DNA of 51,892 nucleotides, counting the filler, from Diploschistes diacapsis (Eukaryota), in the NCBI GenBank assembly GCA_023645945.1. It is 3 parts of 3 records of this genome, joined end to end, with 100 filler letters (N's around TTAATTAATTAA, not from the genome) between each part and the next. Parts side by side here need not be neighbours in the genome. Positions count along the whole stretch, not along the records: positions 17,380 to 34,608 come from JALAIB010000462.1; positions 34,709 to 51,892 come from JALAIB010000463.1; 1 more part is not named here. One strand, 5' to 3'. How positions within the stretch are numbered: position 1 is the first letter of the stretch; the number at the start of each line of letters is the position of its first letter. The position numbers and the translations under genes are program-made. The notes below the pieces were generated by a model that saw only the letters and a list, made by a program, of their open reading frames with translations, was not told the origin of the DNA and ran no database searches. This document shows, in pieces, positions 24,655 through 37,191 of this stretch.

Positions 24655-25505
24655 GCTAGAGCTTGCACGTTGATTTTTTGGAGACTTCAACGTTCCCTAC
24701 CACCACCACCGTCGTATAGTATAAAGCGAAGCTTGTTCAGGCAGGGTGGAGATAGCGGCGCCGACAACTCATCCAGTGGACCAGGTCTCTGTTCACTTAT
24801 CGAAAGCAACTTTAATAGCTATTGAAACCCTCTTAGGTCAAGAGGCAATTCCACTTTCCTTGGCCAGGTTCGATCTTCGTACCCATTTTGTCGTCAGCAA
24901 TATCTATCACGGAGTACTTAAAGCATTTGAGCTAATTCATGTCTTTCAGAAAAAACAGGGCAAGTGTACAGCTCTGGAATAACGTCTTATCCCGGGCAAT
25001 GAGATGCTCGCTGCTGCTCGATAACGCTCATTTGGGCCAGAAATCAGGTTGGTAGAAGAATTACGACTGTAAAACAAGGTAGAAGCTTCTTTTTCATATG
25101 TAGTGATGTGGTCTAGGAGACAGAGACTCGGATAAGGACGAGTCGACGTGCTCGAGTTCCTTCAAGTTCCTTTGCTTCTTATCTAGAAGGGTGACGTTAG
25201 ATCGGGGATGCCGTCCAGGGGTATTCAGATAGTAGTAGTAAGAGAACAGTATCTCTGGACCAGGAAAAGATTTTGATGCCTACAGCACGTAGGTATCGTC
25301 GCCCAGCTACCTATTACAGGTTCAACGAGGACACATGGCAGCAGGTGCGTCCACATTCAAGTATTAAAAAAATGGAGGTTGGTACCACTGAGAGGTAACA
25401 AATAGAAAAATAACGCTGCGAATGGTAATATCCTGCTGAAGTTGAGAAAACACTAAATTAAACCCCCCCCCTTTCCTTTCCTCCTCTTGCCTCCCGTAAT
25501 TCCCC

Positions 25506-27418
25506 CTACCTGTCCTCCTCCTGCGCCGTCGCTAGCGGCCTCATCGTCACCACGACATTGACGCCCTGCATCTTCGCCGTCGCGTTGCGCACCTCCTTGA
25601 GAATCTCTTCCATCCTGCTACTGCCCTCATAGATGTCAGGCTTGGCGCTGATCACGATCTCGTGCGTGACCTGGGGCCCGGAAACCGTATCGGAGGTCGG
25701 CGTCGTCGGCGCGGTGGACGACGGCGACCTCGTGGATCTGTCCTCTTCCGTGCCGTCCAGCGGCAGCAGCTCGTCGGCACTGTGCGAGAGTCCCGTTTTC
25801 TTTTCTAGCGGTGCTTCCCTCTCCTTCTCTGTCTTTGACCTGCCTTCGGACGCCGCCCGCACACCGGACGTCTTATCGAACACATTCTCCGGATCGTATC
25901 TCGTCTTCAACTCGACCAGTCTCTCGAAATTGGCCCCAAACGTCCGCTCCGCCTTCGTCCCCAGGCCGTCGTAGTTGCAATACTCCCCCAACCCCTCCAG
26001 CTCTTCTTGGCCATCCTGGTCCCTCCCATTCTCCTCTCCAACAACCCTCTTCAACTCCTCCATCGCCGTCCGTGTAAACTCCCTACAGATGGGATCATAC
26101 CGCTCGCTTCGCCACCGTGGGATGATCATTGCATTGCTATGCCTCGCCCTGTTCACAAACGCCATCTCCCTCGCCCCCACTCCACACACCTTGTCCAGCG
26201 GATAGAACTCGAACAGGCACGCCCCGCTCTCGCCCGCCTCCGGGCACGCGTTCGCGACAAAGTCTTCGTACAGCTCCAGCACGCGCTCGAACGCCCGCGG
26301 CGGCAGCGCGCCCTGGTAGCTCGCGCCCTTGCTGACGCGCCGGCCCTCGCTGCTCGCTGCCATGGCCAGCACCTCGTTCATGGCCGGGTAGGGCATGCTG
26401 GCTAGCGTACTCCGGATCGGCGGAACCGGCGCGTCGGCCAGCAGCGGGGCAAAGATAGACGAGCCCTCGGATGCGGGCCCGTCGTGGAAGCAGCAGGCGA
26501 AGATGATGCGCTTCCCGGGCATGAAGGGCGGGGTGGTGAAGCCGCAGAACATGGCGGTGCGGCCGTCGGAGGACTGCTGGATCCTGTTCGCGAAGGTGAT
26601 CATGTGCGAGATCGCGGGGCCGGAGGGCGGGAAGACGACCATGCCGCCGTATACTGGATCCGGCTGCGGGTGCGCGCGGAAGGTGAAGGAGGTTATGATG
26701 CCGAACATGTGGCCTGCGCCCCGCACGGCCCAGAAGAGGTCCGGCTCTGAGGTGGCGGAGCAGGTGGCGATGCGGCCGTCCGCAAGTACGATCTCCGCTG
26801 AGAGTAGGTTATCGATAGCGAGCCCGTACCGGCCCGATAGCCAGCCGAAGCCGCCGCCGGTGGTGTAACCTGCGACGCCGGTGTTGTTGACGGTGCCGCC
26901 GACGAGGGAGAGAGAGTGTTGGGCGGCAGCGACGTCGATTTCACACCAGAGGGAACCGCCGCCACAGGTCAGGGTTGGAGGTTTGGAGGTAGCGGAGACC
27001 GAGATGTGGTTGAGGCGGCGCAGATTGATGAGGAGACCGCCGTCGGTGGAGGAGTCGCCGGATGTGCCGTGGCCGCCTGCACGATTGTCAGGGCGCTGAT
27101 GAGGGAGACGGTGCGTGGAGGGCTTACCGCAGACGGAGGTTAGGGGGATGGAGTACTGGGTTGCAAGCTTGATGGATGTTGCCACGTCTTGAGGGGAGGT
27201 GGGATAGACTACGACGCCCTTGAAGATGGTTAACACAGGCCACTAGATATTATATAGGCGGAGCTGTGTCTTCTCCAGATGGAGACACTTACGGCTGGCT
27301 TCTCGATTGACGAGGCCCATCTTTTCAGACCTTGCTTGTATTCTTGGCTTCCAGCAGTAAATACCTTTTCGGTACCCAGCACCCTCTGCAAATCAGATAT
27401 GAAATATGACAAGGCCAT
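25506..27418 (-). CDS. FAD-linked oxidoreductase (VAO/BBE-like, 6-hydroxy-D-nicotine oxidase-like)
   Basis: Exon 1 is 27418-27293; a further intron near 27078-27127 restores CGGHG (His usually used for covalent FAD). Motifs GVAGYTTGGGFG, GLAIDNL, DLFWAVRGAG and the BBE-type tail YCNY...LKTRYDPENVF. Confidence 0.9.
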
Positions 27419-28359
27419 CTTAACAAAGAAACAAAATCAATATCACGCTTTCAGAACTTTTAAGAAACATAGGACTTGGTAACTCACATTTGCTATATAT
27501 CATAGCTCAAAGGTCGCGGCGCCTGGATAAATCAACGATAACATGGAAAACAAGCCGCTCTCGCATGACATCCAACCCAAGACCTACATCTAATTGGTGG
27601 CAAGCCATGCCTGCACCTATGGTGGTGGTGCCGATGCCGAGGTGCAATCCTGTAGGAACTTCAACAGCATTCCTAACCCTGCAAGGCAACCTCACGAGTT
27701 CAGGAATTTAAACATTGGCCTCCCAAGATGCAGCTCGGACGGCTTGCCATCCGAATCCGCTCATACCGTAGACACATCTAGTGGCAAACAGATGCATCGT
27801 ACAAAGTGAATACGATAATTGTTGATCCCGTGGCCTTTTAATTAGTGCAGCACTCACGACGCTGGGAAAATATGGCTTGATGGCCAGACTTTCGCCCTGA
27901 AAAAAAGCAATAAACAGAAGCGGCTATTGGCCTAGGCCCAGGCTTTGCTGCGCTGTCCCAAAGCCCCAGAAAACAGCGTGACTAGTCTCAAGCAGCGATA
28001 ATGCGACAAGCATATGGAAAAGAGCTATCGGCAGACAAAGGCGTCGGATAGCCTAGATTGAATTCCTTCGGCTCGGAAACTTCGGAAGAGGAATTTTACC
28101 TCATCCGGTCGTTTGGCTGACTCAGCCGAAATATTAGTCTGTTCTTGGAGACAAGGGTAGAAAGCTACAGGCAGCTTGTTGAGTAGAGACGACTCATATC
28201 GGCCTTTATAAGCTCTGCTGCAGCGCACTTAGATGCTTGGGTGAACAGGCCGAACCATAACTCCTCTCTTATGCTGGACCATCATGATGACTTTCGCGCG
28301 AATTTCTACCGCCCAGGAAATGCTCGGGATTAAACAAAAATGGCCAGCGGACTTAGGAT

Positions 28360-29713
28360 TCAGATCCTATGCGTATTGTGATGAGTTGTCCAGCTTCTGG
28401 CGTTTGCCTCGAATTGTCGATAGTCAGTTTTGTGCAGATGTGCAACTTCAAGGATCGAAATATCTGTCGCGCTCGGAGATTGAAGGACGGTGAGCATGGT
28501 AAGGAGCAAATCCCAAAGAGACCAACTGGTTGCCACTGGTCTTTTAAGATGTTCATGCATATCGAGCCATGTGCATCAATGTTGGGATGATAGACATTTC
28601 TAAGAAGCGGCATAGAGGAGGGACTAGGGGATAGCGATTTGGAATGCGAAATTGGACACAAAAGATTCCGTTCTCGTAGGGTGTGTCCGGCCTTTGAAGA
28701 TCCCGAGCAAGTCTGATATGGAGGAGTTGATGACCGAGAGGCTGGTAAAAGGTGGGGCGGACTCGGAGCGACGGATCTCCGCTAGGATTGACGTTGAGCT
28801 ATGTGGTCTATCGGATGATTCTGTAGCAGGGCCTCCTCATGGCCCTCTCTGCTGCGGTCAACAAGAGTCCTGAAGTGGCCGTGCAAGTCATGCTCGAAAA
28901 TGGATGATCGAGCAGTCAACGTTGAGGAAGACTTATTTGAATCGCTTGGAGCGCTGTCGTCCAAACCACCAACCACCGGGGTGAGTTGTTGAGCACTTGG
29001 TGACAGAGTCAGGAATGGACGCCGATGATCTAATCGCACATGCGGCGAGCACTCAGCTTAGGCGCCTTGACGGCAAGAGAAGCTTTCCTCCAACACAGAG
29101 TGCTCATATATCTGGAACTATTTCTAGCTCCACTCGAGACATTGCTAGCATCATTTCAGTCGCATAAGCCCTTTGTTTATGCAGTGCAATGTCTGAACCT
29201 GTTGCGGTATCTAGATCATCCATGAGTTCCTTGAGAAGCCGCAAAAAGGTCAAGAAGTCTGTAGCTTTATCAATCCGCCAGGTTCTTAGGCTCAAGCCAT
29301 CCTTGATATCTGAATAAATGGTGCGGATAATAGAGCATGGTGCAACATGCGGAACACATGGTTTAGCTTGCTCTTACTTCGCTCAAGTGCGTCGCTGTAG
29401 ACTGGTAGCAGACCGTACTGCTCCACCAATCTGTCTTCGTCTTGTAGAATTGATCGGATTCTTGTAGCCGTCTGCTTGGCTGAGCCCACTACCTTCTGGT
29501 TGTTGTCCTCTGAAGCCGCTCTGCTCCAAAAGATTGTCAAGCTTCAGGCACAGTGACTCGTTCCCTGTTACTCCGTCATGGTGGACAACGAAGTTGCGAA
29601 AATCGTTCAGGCATTTTGCTGGTTTCTTTTATCAAGCTTTCCTTATTCATTCGACTTTTTGGGATTTTGCCCTGCTGCGAATCAGTTTTACTGGACACAC
29701 CAAGGTCGTACAT
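28360..29713 (-). pseudogene. Frameshifted ubiquitin-conjugating enzyme (E2) domain with a long decayed N-terminal region
   Basis: PDTPYENGIF..F.IPNRYPLVPPLCRFL, VYHPNIDAHGSICMNILKDQW and LLTMLTVLQSP...FEANARSWT are split across frames between about 28360 and 28790. The upstream limit is approximate. Confidence 0.75.
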
Positions 29714-30039
29714 TAGCGGCAGCAGCCTCTGGGTTGCAATAGAAGAAAACAAAATTTCGTCTCAACAAAGGTGTGCATAATAGAGACAGAACGAACATGA
29801 CATTGGAATTTTAATCACATGATTTCTTCTTTGAGATTGCGTGTCTGGTATCTACAGTAGCTGAAGCTCTACCTCGCTGCTACTATACTACCATACATCC
29901 CGGCCTTGTGCTGTTGCCTGAGGAGCTGCGTTATGATCTCTACTTGAAGCAAGTGCAGTTCAACGGTTCCCGTTCGTTCATACATTCCATATTATTGGAT
30001 CCCATTGGAAGGTCTCATCTGATTCCCTACTCTCCATGG

Positions 30040-30560
30040 TGATCTCGAGCCAGCGTGAAAAACCAACCGGGAGCCCACATCCGAGCACTTTAGCCCTGCC
30101 TACCCCTCGGATGCCTGAGAAATCCAAAAGGGCGGAAATGTCTGAAACAGCAAAACTCGCCTGCTACGGCTCGACCTCAAGTTCTTCGATACCAAGCCCT
30201 TGTGAGGTCGTCGCTGCTCCAATAGGGATCACAGTCCAAGCAAATGGCGACGCAAAACCTGCGTATGAAGGCCGAACAAGCTGCAGATAACACAGGCTGC
30301 GAGGAGTCTACCAGATACGGGAGGCTGTTGAAAAGGGAAGGGTGAACTTGGAACTGATTCAAACGATGCAGAAGAGGCGTCGCTTCGAAGCGGATCTGTT
30401 TCGAGACGCGTAGGATGGATGCGGAAATGCTTGGAGAGGTCTTCTTATGCTCGTTTTTCTTGTAGGCAGTGCTCGGAAGCTTCGTCGTGTTCGTGAGGAG
30501 AAGACAATATGTTTCATTGCGGCTTTCTCCTGGGTAGCTGAAGAAAAGGGAAGCACTTCT
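30040..30560 (-). pseudogene. Decayed F-box-like fungal hypothetical protein
   Basis: PFLQLP/ESRNETYCLLL, ILRVSKQIRFEATPLL, IRRFCVAICLDCDPYW and EELEVEP*QASF...GIRGVGRAKV, with frameshifts and a TAG at 30164-30166. Confidence 0.6.
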
Positions 30561-31173
30561 CGTACTTACAATGGCCTAGGTCTTTTGTAAAGTTGAATGT
30601 CGCCTGTGAGGAATGGGATAATTATGCCAAAATTAAAGTGAATAGATCAGCATCCTCCTAATGTTGGATATTGCCTTTCTTTCTTAAAGCCAGTTCATGA
30701 ATCCTACTGCCATAACCTTTAAAAGTCAAACGAGGCCCAGTCGACAGCTTGAAGATATCTTTGCTATTGTATGCTTTATAGTGCTTATAAGCCGGTGAAA
30801 ACGGAAACACATATCTCCAGAACCTGATCATATTTCATAAAGTTAAATTCAGAATTTCTACATCACATCATCCGTTGAATTCACGGGGATCCAAGCCACG
30901 CAGCATGCACCTGTAGTATGTTCGTATGTGGGCTCGCCTCAATCACGTACCGACATCTCCTCTGTCCAACAATGCCAATGATCACAAATCAATTCGAATA
31001 GGTTTGGAAGCCAAAACAAAACAGACCTTGAGGGTTCACTTATAGCCGAGAAACCCGGCCGATAGTCCCGATAAGCTTCAAATAGCGTCATTATCCACCG
31101 GTCCAGGTAGGCTTGAGGTATAGTATCTTACCGCCTCGCTCACTGTTTTCATCGTTGTAGCTGAAGTTTATAG

Positions 31174-33958
31174 ATGCCATCTACAACTCGCTCCAGACGC
31201 GGTCGATGGCAGGATAGCTCTGACAAAGCGTTTCGCCCAAGCTTGAGCAGGTCCGACGAGAAGCCGGCACCGTCACCGGGAAAGCGTCAGAAGACGGGCC
31301 ACATCTACGAAGCACCTTCAACGCCCTTGCGATCGCAGGTAACACGGCCCGAGAACATGTATAGCTTTACATCAAACCTCGTCGATCTGACAAGCTCGCC
31401 GACAAAATCGTCGACAGGCTCACCTTCGTCACGAAAAATCACAAACGGGGTCCGCTTGACAAACGTTGCACCGAGCAATGGAGCTAAAAAGTTTTTGGTG
31501 AAGAACTTCAAGAAAACTTCGAAGTCAGACCCAGAAAATTACTTTAGCCAGGTCTGGGGTCAGCTTGACGAAGCACTGGAAGCCATCTTCAGCCGCGATG
31601 TCAAGCCTTTCTCCATGGAGCAGCTTTATAGAGGCGTGGAGAATGTTTGCCGACAGAACAAAGCCCCGAGCCTCTTCCAAAAACTACAGGCGAAGTGCAA
31701 GGACCACATCATCAACAGAGTCAAACATTCCCTTATCGAGGCCACTCAAGGGTTGTCAGATACGGACTCGCTTAGATCTACTACAGAAGCTTGGGCTACA
31801 TGGCGGAGGCAAATGGTATGGTTTGGATTGTCTCTCAAGTTAAAAACCTGCTAATCGTCCTAGACAACCATTCGTTCAATTTTTTACTACATGGACCGCT
31901 CTTACCTGCTGCATTCTACGACTCAGCCGTCAATTGATGAGTATGGAATCGCCTTGTTCCGTGACAATGTGTTTTCCGACTCTGCTTTGAAACCGAGAAT
32001 CCTTCAAGGTGCTTGCATGCTAGTCTCCAACGATAGGGCAGGAAGTTCCGAGGAGGGCTTCGCGCCGACACTGTTCAAGGAGGCAATAACAATGTTCCAT
32101 GTCCTCGCCGTGTACACGAAGAGCTTCGAACCTAAGCTTCTTGGAGAGTCTCAGGCCTTTTTCGATGATTGGGCTTCCAAAAAGAGTTCTGAGCTGAGTC
32201 TTACAGACTATGTCAATGAATGTCATGCCCTCTTCAAGAGTGAAATCCAGCGCTGCGACGTCTTCATCCTGGACGAATCAACAAAGAGGAACTTAAACAT
32301 TCAGATGGAGAATCACTTGGTTATGGATCATGAAGAACGACTGGTTGACACTGTGGATGTGGTAGAGCTTATGGATGGGAACAACCTGGACACTTTGAAA
32401 GATCTCTACAGTCTCCTCGAGAAGAAAGGGCTTGGCGAAAAGATTCGGGTACCATTCGAGGAATACATAAACTGCGAGGGCGAGTCAATAGTCTTCGATG
32501 AGAAAAGGCAGTCCGAGATGGTAGTCAGACTGCTCCAATTCAAGCAAAAGCTTGATACGATGTGGGAAACAGCTTTTAGGAGGAATCAGAATGTTGGATA
32601 CGGCCTGAAAGAGGCTTTTGAGACGTTTGTGAATAAGACCAAGAAATCAGACACGACTTGGGGTACGGACAATGATAAACCAGGAGAGATGATTGCGAAA
32701 TACGTCGACCTCATCTTGCGAGGTGGCTCCAAGGCTATCCCGGATTCTGTTGCATCTCCGATGCCTGCGCCAGCAAATGAGGATGAAATGGACGAGGAAG
32801 AGGCAGATGAAGATTCTCAAATTAACCGGCAACTGGATCAGGTCCTTGATCTGTTCCGCTTCGTCCATGGGAAAGCTGTTTTTGAAGCATTTTACAAGAA
32901 GGACCTCGCTAGACGCCTCCTAATGAACAGAAGTGCAAGCGCAGATGCGGAAAAGTCTATGTTGACCCGTCTCAAGTCCGGTAAGTTCTCACGGCTCTGC
33001 TTCGTAGCAAAGGTTAATAATTCAAGAATGCGGAGCAAATTTCACCCACAACCTCGAGCAAATGTTCAAAGATATCGAACTCGCCCGGGAGGAAAACAGT
33101 TCCTACAAAACCATCCTCGAAGACAGGCATGAAAAGCCCCCCGTCGATCTCAACGTCAACGTGCTCTCCGCCGCCGCCTGGCCGACATACCCAGCCGTCG
33201 AAGTCGAGGTTCCCAGAGACATCCAAAAGGCATCTACTGACTTCGAGCGCCATTACAAGCTTAAGCACACAGGTCGAATGCTCGAATGGAAGCACGCGCT
33301 AGCGCACTGCCAGATGAGAGCCATCTTCCCCAAAGGCCCCAAGGAGATTGTCTTTTCTTCCTTCCAAGCCATTGTAATGCTCTACTTTAACGAAAAAGCC
33401 GACGGCGAGTCGGTCACCTACGAAGAGCTTTCTAACGCGACCAAGCTCACGGACGACGAGCTCAAGCGTACCCTTCAGTCCCTCGCCTGCGCCAAGTACC
33501 GCCTCCTCACCAAATCCCCTCGCGGCAAAGATGTCAACCCTGGCGACAAGTTCGTGGTGAACCTGGGCTTCAGTGACCCGAAGTATCGCATCAAGATCAA
33601 CCAGATCCAGCTCAAGGAGACGAAGGAGGAGAACAAGCAGACGCACGAGCGGGTGGCGGCGGACCGGCAGTACGAGACGCAGGCGGCGATCGTGAGGATC
33701 ATGAAAGGCAAGAAGAAGATTAAGCACGCGTTGCTCATTACTGAGGTGATCAACGCGCTCAAGAGTAGGGGCGCGGTAAATCCGGAGGATATCAAGAAAC
33801 AGATTGAAAAGTATGTGGCCCTTATCCCTTATTCTCCCTTCCTTCCTCTTTTAGTGTGATCTGTTCTGTCCGGATATGGCTTACACCCGGCTTTCAGGCT
33901 TATCGACAAGGACTACATGGAAAGGGCGGACAATGGGTTCTATGAATACATTTCCTAA
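31174..33958 (+). CDS. cul4: Cullin-4 E3 ubiquitin ligase scaffold
   Basis: Introns 31816-31863, 32981-33026 and 33811-33897. Motifs EQLYRGVENVC, RSIFYYMDRSY, FEAFYKKDLARRLL, LQSLACAK and the Nedd8 site QAAIVRIMK. Confidence 0.93.
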
Positions 33959-34307
33959 GCTGAAAATACTCCGGGTCAATCAAACAAGAGGACTTGTCAG
34001 CGCATATGCGACGCTTCCAGCGGGTACACTTCCCGAGCCGAATGTTAGGGCTCATGTAGCTTTTAATCGGTCAACATGAATATGAGACAATGAAACACAA
34101 TGTTAGCATAGCAGTTGGAATATTAAACACTTGCAGGAGGAAGCAGAATGAATTCCGATACTTCTCATGATCTATTCTTTCGATTCGAATACTCTATCGC
34201 TCTGGACGCTCTAATACACCAAAAAAAAACGCGACGTGCACAGACTGCTCTCTTTTTTCGACGAAACCCCCCTTTCAAGCCCTTTCCCCCTTCTAAAAGC
34301 CCACGGA

Positions 34308-34608
34308 CTAGGAAAACACCCCCCTCCTCTTTGATTTCTTCACATCAATCTCATCTTCATACTATACCACGAATAATCATTAGCACCACTGATCCGTCTT
34401 ACAACCCGGGAGGAGGGGGGGACCCAGAAACAAAAAAATATAAACGAGAAACGGTGGAAAAAAGTAAGTAAAAAAAAAAACTCACCGCCCTAAACCCCAC
34501 TGCCTCAACCAGCACCACAAACCCCTCTACCAGTTCCGCCAACACATCCTCCATTTCCTTCTCCCTCTCCTCCATCTCGCCCTTTCCCATCCCCCTTCCG
34601 TTCCCGTC
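34308..34608 (-). CDS. 3' fragment of an unidentified protein; 5' part lost at the spacer
   Basis: ...EDVLAELVEGFVVLVEAVGFRA is spliced (GTGAGT at 34485, CTAAT branch, TAG at 34362) to YEDEIDVKKSKRRGVFS*. Confidence 0.55.
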
Positions 34609-34708
34609 NNNNNNNNNNNNNNNNNNNNNNNNNNNNNNNNNNNNNNNNNNNNTTAATTAATTAANNNNNNNNNNNNNNNNNNNNNNNNNNNNNNNNNNNN
34701 NNNNNNNN
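34609..34708. other. Artificial contig-joining spacer
   Basis: 44 N + TTAATTAATTAA + 44 N. Confidence 0.97.
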
Positions 34709-35276
34709 GATGGGGGGGAAGAGCTTTTGAATGGGGGGATTGCATGGAGGCCAGGAAAAGAGATTGTAGGAAGGGAAGGAACGAATAGGCAGGAGAATCC
34801 GAGGCAGAAGGCTACTATGAATGGTATCCAAAAAAAAAGGGGGGAGGGTCAAGAACTTACACCCCAGTAACCCAGCACTCCGCATACCCCTCAATCTCGG
34901 GATAAACATCCACTACCCCCATCGCCAGCACCAGCTTTCGTCCCTGCCAGCTCTTGCCATGCACATCCACGACCTCAAATAGCCCGCCATCGCCCAGCTG
35001 CTTGACCGTCTCGACCTTGACGTCCTGGAACTGCACCGTCTGGTAGCCCTCCAGAATGTTCTTCCTCGCGGCGGCCCGGAAGTCCTTAGAGTCGCGGTGG
35101 TCCCACGTGACGACGGTGTGCATGTGCTTGCTCTGCTCGTTGCGGTAGGAGCCCGAATCGAAGACGACGACGGTGTGCAGCTGCCGCGCGAGCGTCAGCG
35201 CGGCGGTGAGGCCGGCTGGGCCGGCGCCGATTATCAGGACGTCGTGGGGCTGGGGGTGGGGGGTTGAGCCGTTCAT
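34709..35276 (-). CDS. TrxB-like FAD-dependent dithiol oxidoreductase (GliT/AclT-like); only exon 1 (35276-34861) visible
   Basis: DVLIIGAGPAGL, VFDSGSYRN...HMHTVVTWDH, GRKLVLAMGVVD...GYAECW. A GTAAGT donor at 34860 opens an intron that runs into the gap, so the active-site motif is not visible. Confidence 0.8.
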
Positions 35277-35652
35277 AGTGGAAGAGTTATTGGTGCCTTA
35301 TGGAGAATGTGTGTGAATTTAAGAGATATAGGATTGAGGAATGATGGAGCTTTTTATGCTGCCTGGAGCTGATTTCTAGGTACATTAATCAGCTCGTTCT
35401 TTGCCGCATGTGCAATACAGGGTGTGTTGCAGTACAAGGGCTGGCCGCATGTGATCTTCCGAAAAGGGTAACTCCGTCCAAAACGGACATAGGGGTCTCG
35501 GAACCCGACTGAGTGCGATGCAGCAATAAGATGGAGCTCTTGTTGCATGCTGATGGCAGGCTTGGCGATACGATGTTCATTTTCTAGATAACTCGAAATC
35601 CAATCATTTGCTATCTATATATTGATTCACAAATAGTGATTACTCATTCGTC

Positions 35653-36705
35653 ATGGGTTCGATAGCAGCCGATCCTCTGGTCGTCGACGTTCTTATAGTA
35701 GGGGGCGGCTACGCGGGTCTTTCAGCAGCATTCACCCTTTATAGAGCCCTTCACACATGCATCATCTTTGACGCCCACAAGCCACGGAACTGGTACGGTT
35801 CGCCAATAAGACTCACGCCGCAATGGGAGGGCCAGGACCCGGAAAAGGTTCGCAATGAGCAGCGGGAGGAATTGTCGAGGTCTGGGTTCGTGCGGTTTGT
35901 GGACGAGGAAGTTAAAGGTGCGTGGAAGACGGCAGAGGGCCTATTTCGAGCGACGGCTGGAGACGGAAAGGAGTGGCTGGGCAGGAGGCTGCTGATTGCC
36001 ACAGGGGCAGTGGATGTGTTTCCGGATGTAAAGGGGTATGCAGAGTGCTATACAAAGGGAATGTAAGTTACGAGATCTCCTTTCCTCCAGACACGATGTT
36101 GCATGTGCAGGTTAGTGTATATGGCTGCGATGTATTGATTCTCAGATCGTGTTAGCTTCCCCTGTATGTTCCAATTCGGCTACGAGCAGCGCGGAGCCTC
36201 ATCAGCAGGTCTACTGGCTCTAGGCACAGTAGCGAATTCGTTCTTTGCCAGCAAACTTGCCGAAGACGGCCTGAAGTTCTCTTCCTCTCTCACCATATAT
36301 ACTTCCGGTAACGAGAAGCTGGTTTCGGAATTAAAGACTACTATTGAAGACCCAGCCATCAAGGTGGATGATCGGAAGATTTCACATCTAGTCCAAGGAA
36401 AGACCTCGGAGGTTACTATCAACTTCGAAGACGGATCAAGCGTCACCGAAGCGTTTATCGTGCACCGACCGTTGGTGAAGCTGGACACTCAGCTGCCAGA
36501 TCTGCTGGGTCTTGAGTATGGTAGCTTTGGCGAGATCAAGGCCAATCCCCCTTTTCTGGAGACGAGCATGCCAGGCGTCTTTGCGGCTGGAGACTGTGCA
36601 ACGCATATGAGGATCATTCCGAATGCGTTGAGCATGGGAGCATATGCTGGCGCGGGATTGGCCAGGGGGTTGCCGAGGAGTATGACGGGGAACGATTATC
36701 GTTGA
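35653..36705 (+). CDS. TrxB-like flavoprotein with non-canonical CxxQ motif (TdaE/AclD-like)
   Basis: Exons 35653-36062 and 36156-36705 give ...YTKGIFPCMFQFGYE. FAD motifs GGGYAG, ATG and GVFAAGD. Confidence 0.85.
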
Positions 36706-37191
36706 CATGCGCTTGACTTCATGATACAAGATTTGATCGCGCGGCATCAGAGCCCGTACATCAGCATTCCACTCTGCCTAGATGGAGCTCATCATGGTAG
36801 CCATAGACCTGAATCCTCATCTCGGTGGCTATTCTTCCCTCTTCCAGGCCCTCTGCCATTCACAATAAATGTCAAGCGTTGCGTATATGATCTTTATGAG
36901 GCTCGCTGCCTATCTCTTTAATGCCTCACCAAGCACGGTTTTCGTTCTCAGGTAGGCAAGTAAAGCCGAAGCTGTCAATATCAAGGTTTAAAGAAGATCT
37001 CCGGTTCTTCAAGATCCGACTTCAGACCCCGACAACCATGCTGTAGAGAGAAGACTCATGTCACCAATGAGACACGCTATGACACAGTCAGGAACAAGAC
37101 GACCACAGATAGGTATCCGATGTGATTGCTGAATCAGCTACCGAGCGATGGTTCTCTGCCCATATTGAGTGGATGCATCATCGTCCTTCCT

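Noticed and set aside
30164..30166. TAG at a probable Trp position as an A-to-I-edited premature stop
   Set aside because: The same gene also has frameshifts that editing could not repair; simple decay is more parsimonious.
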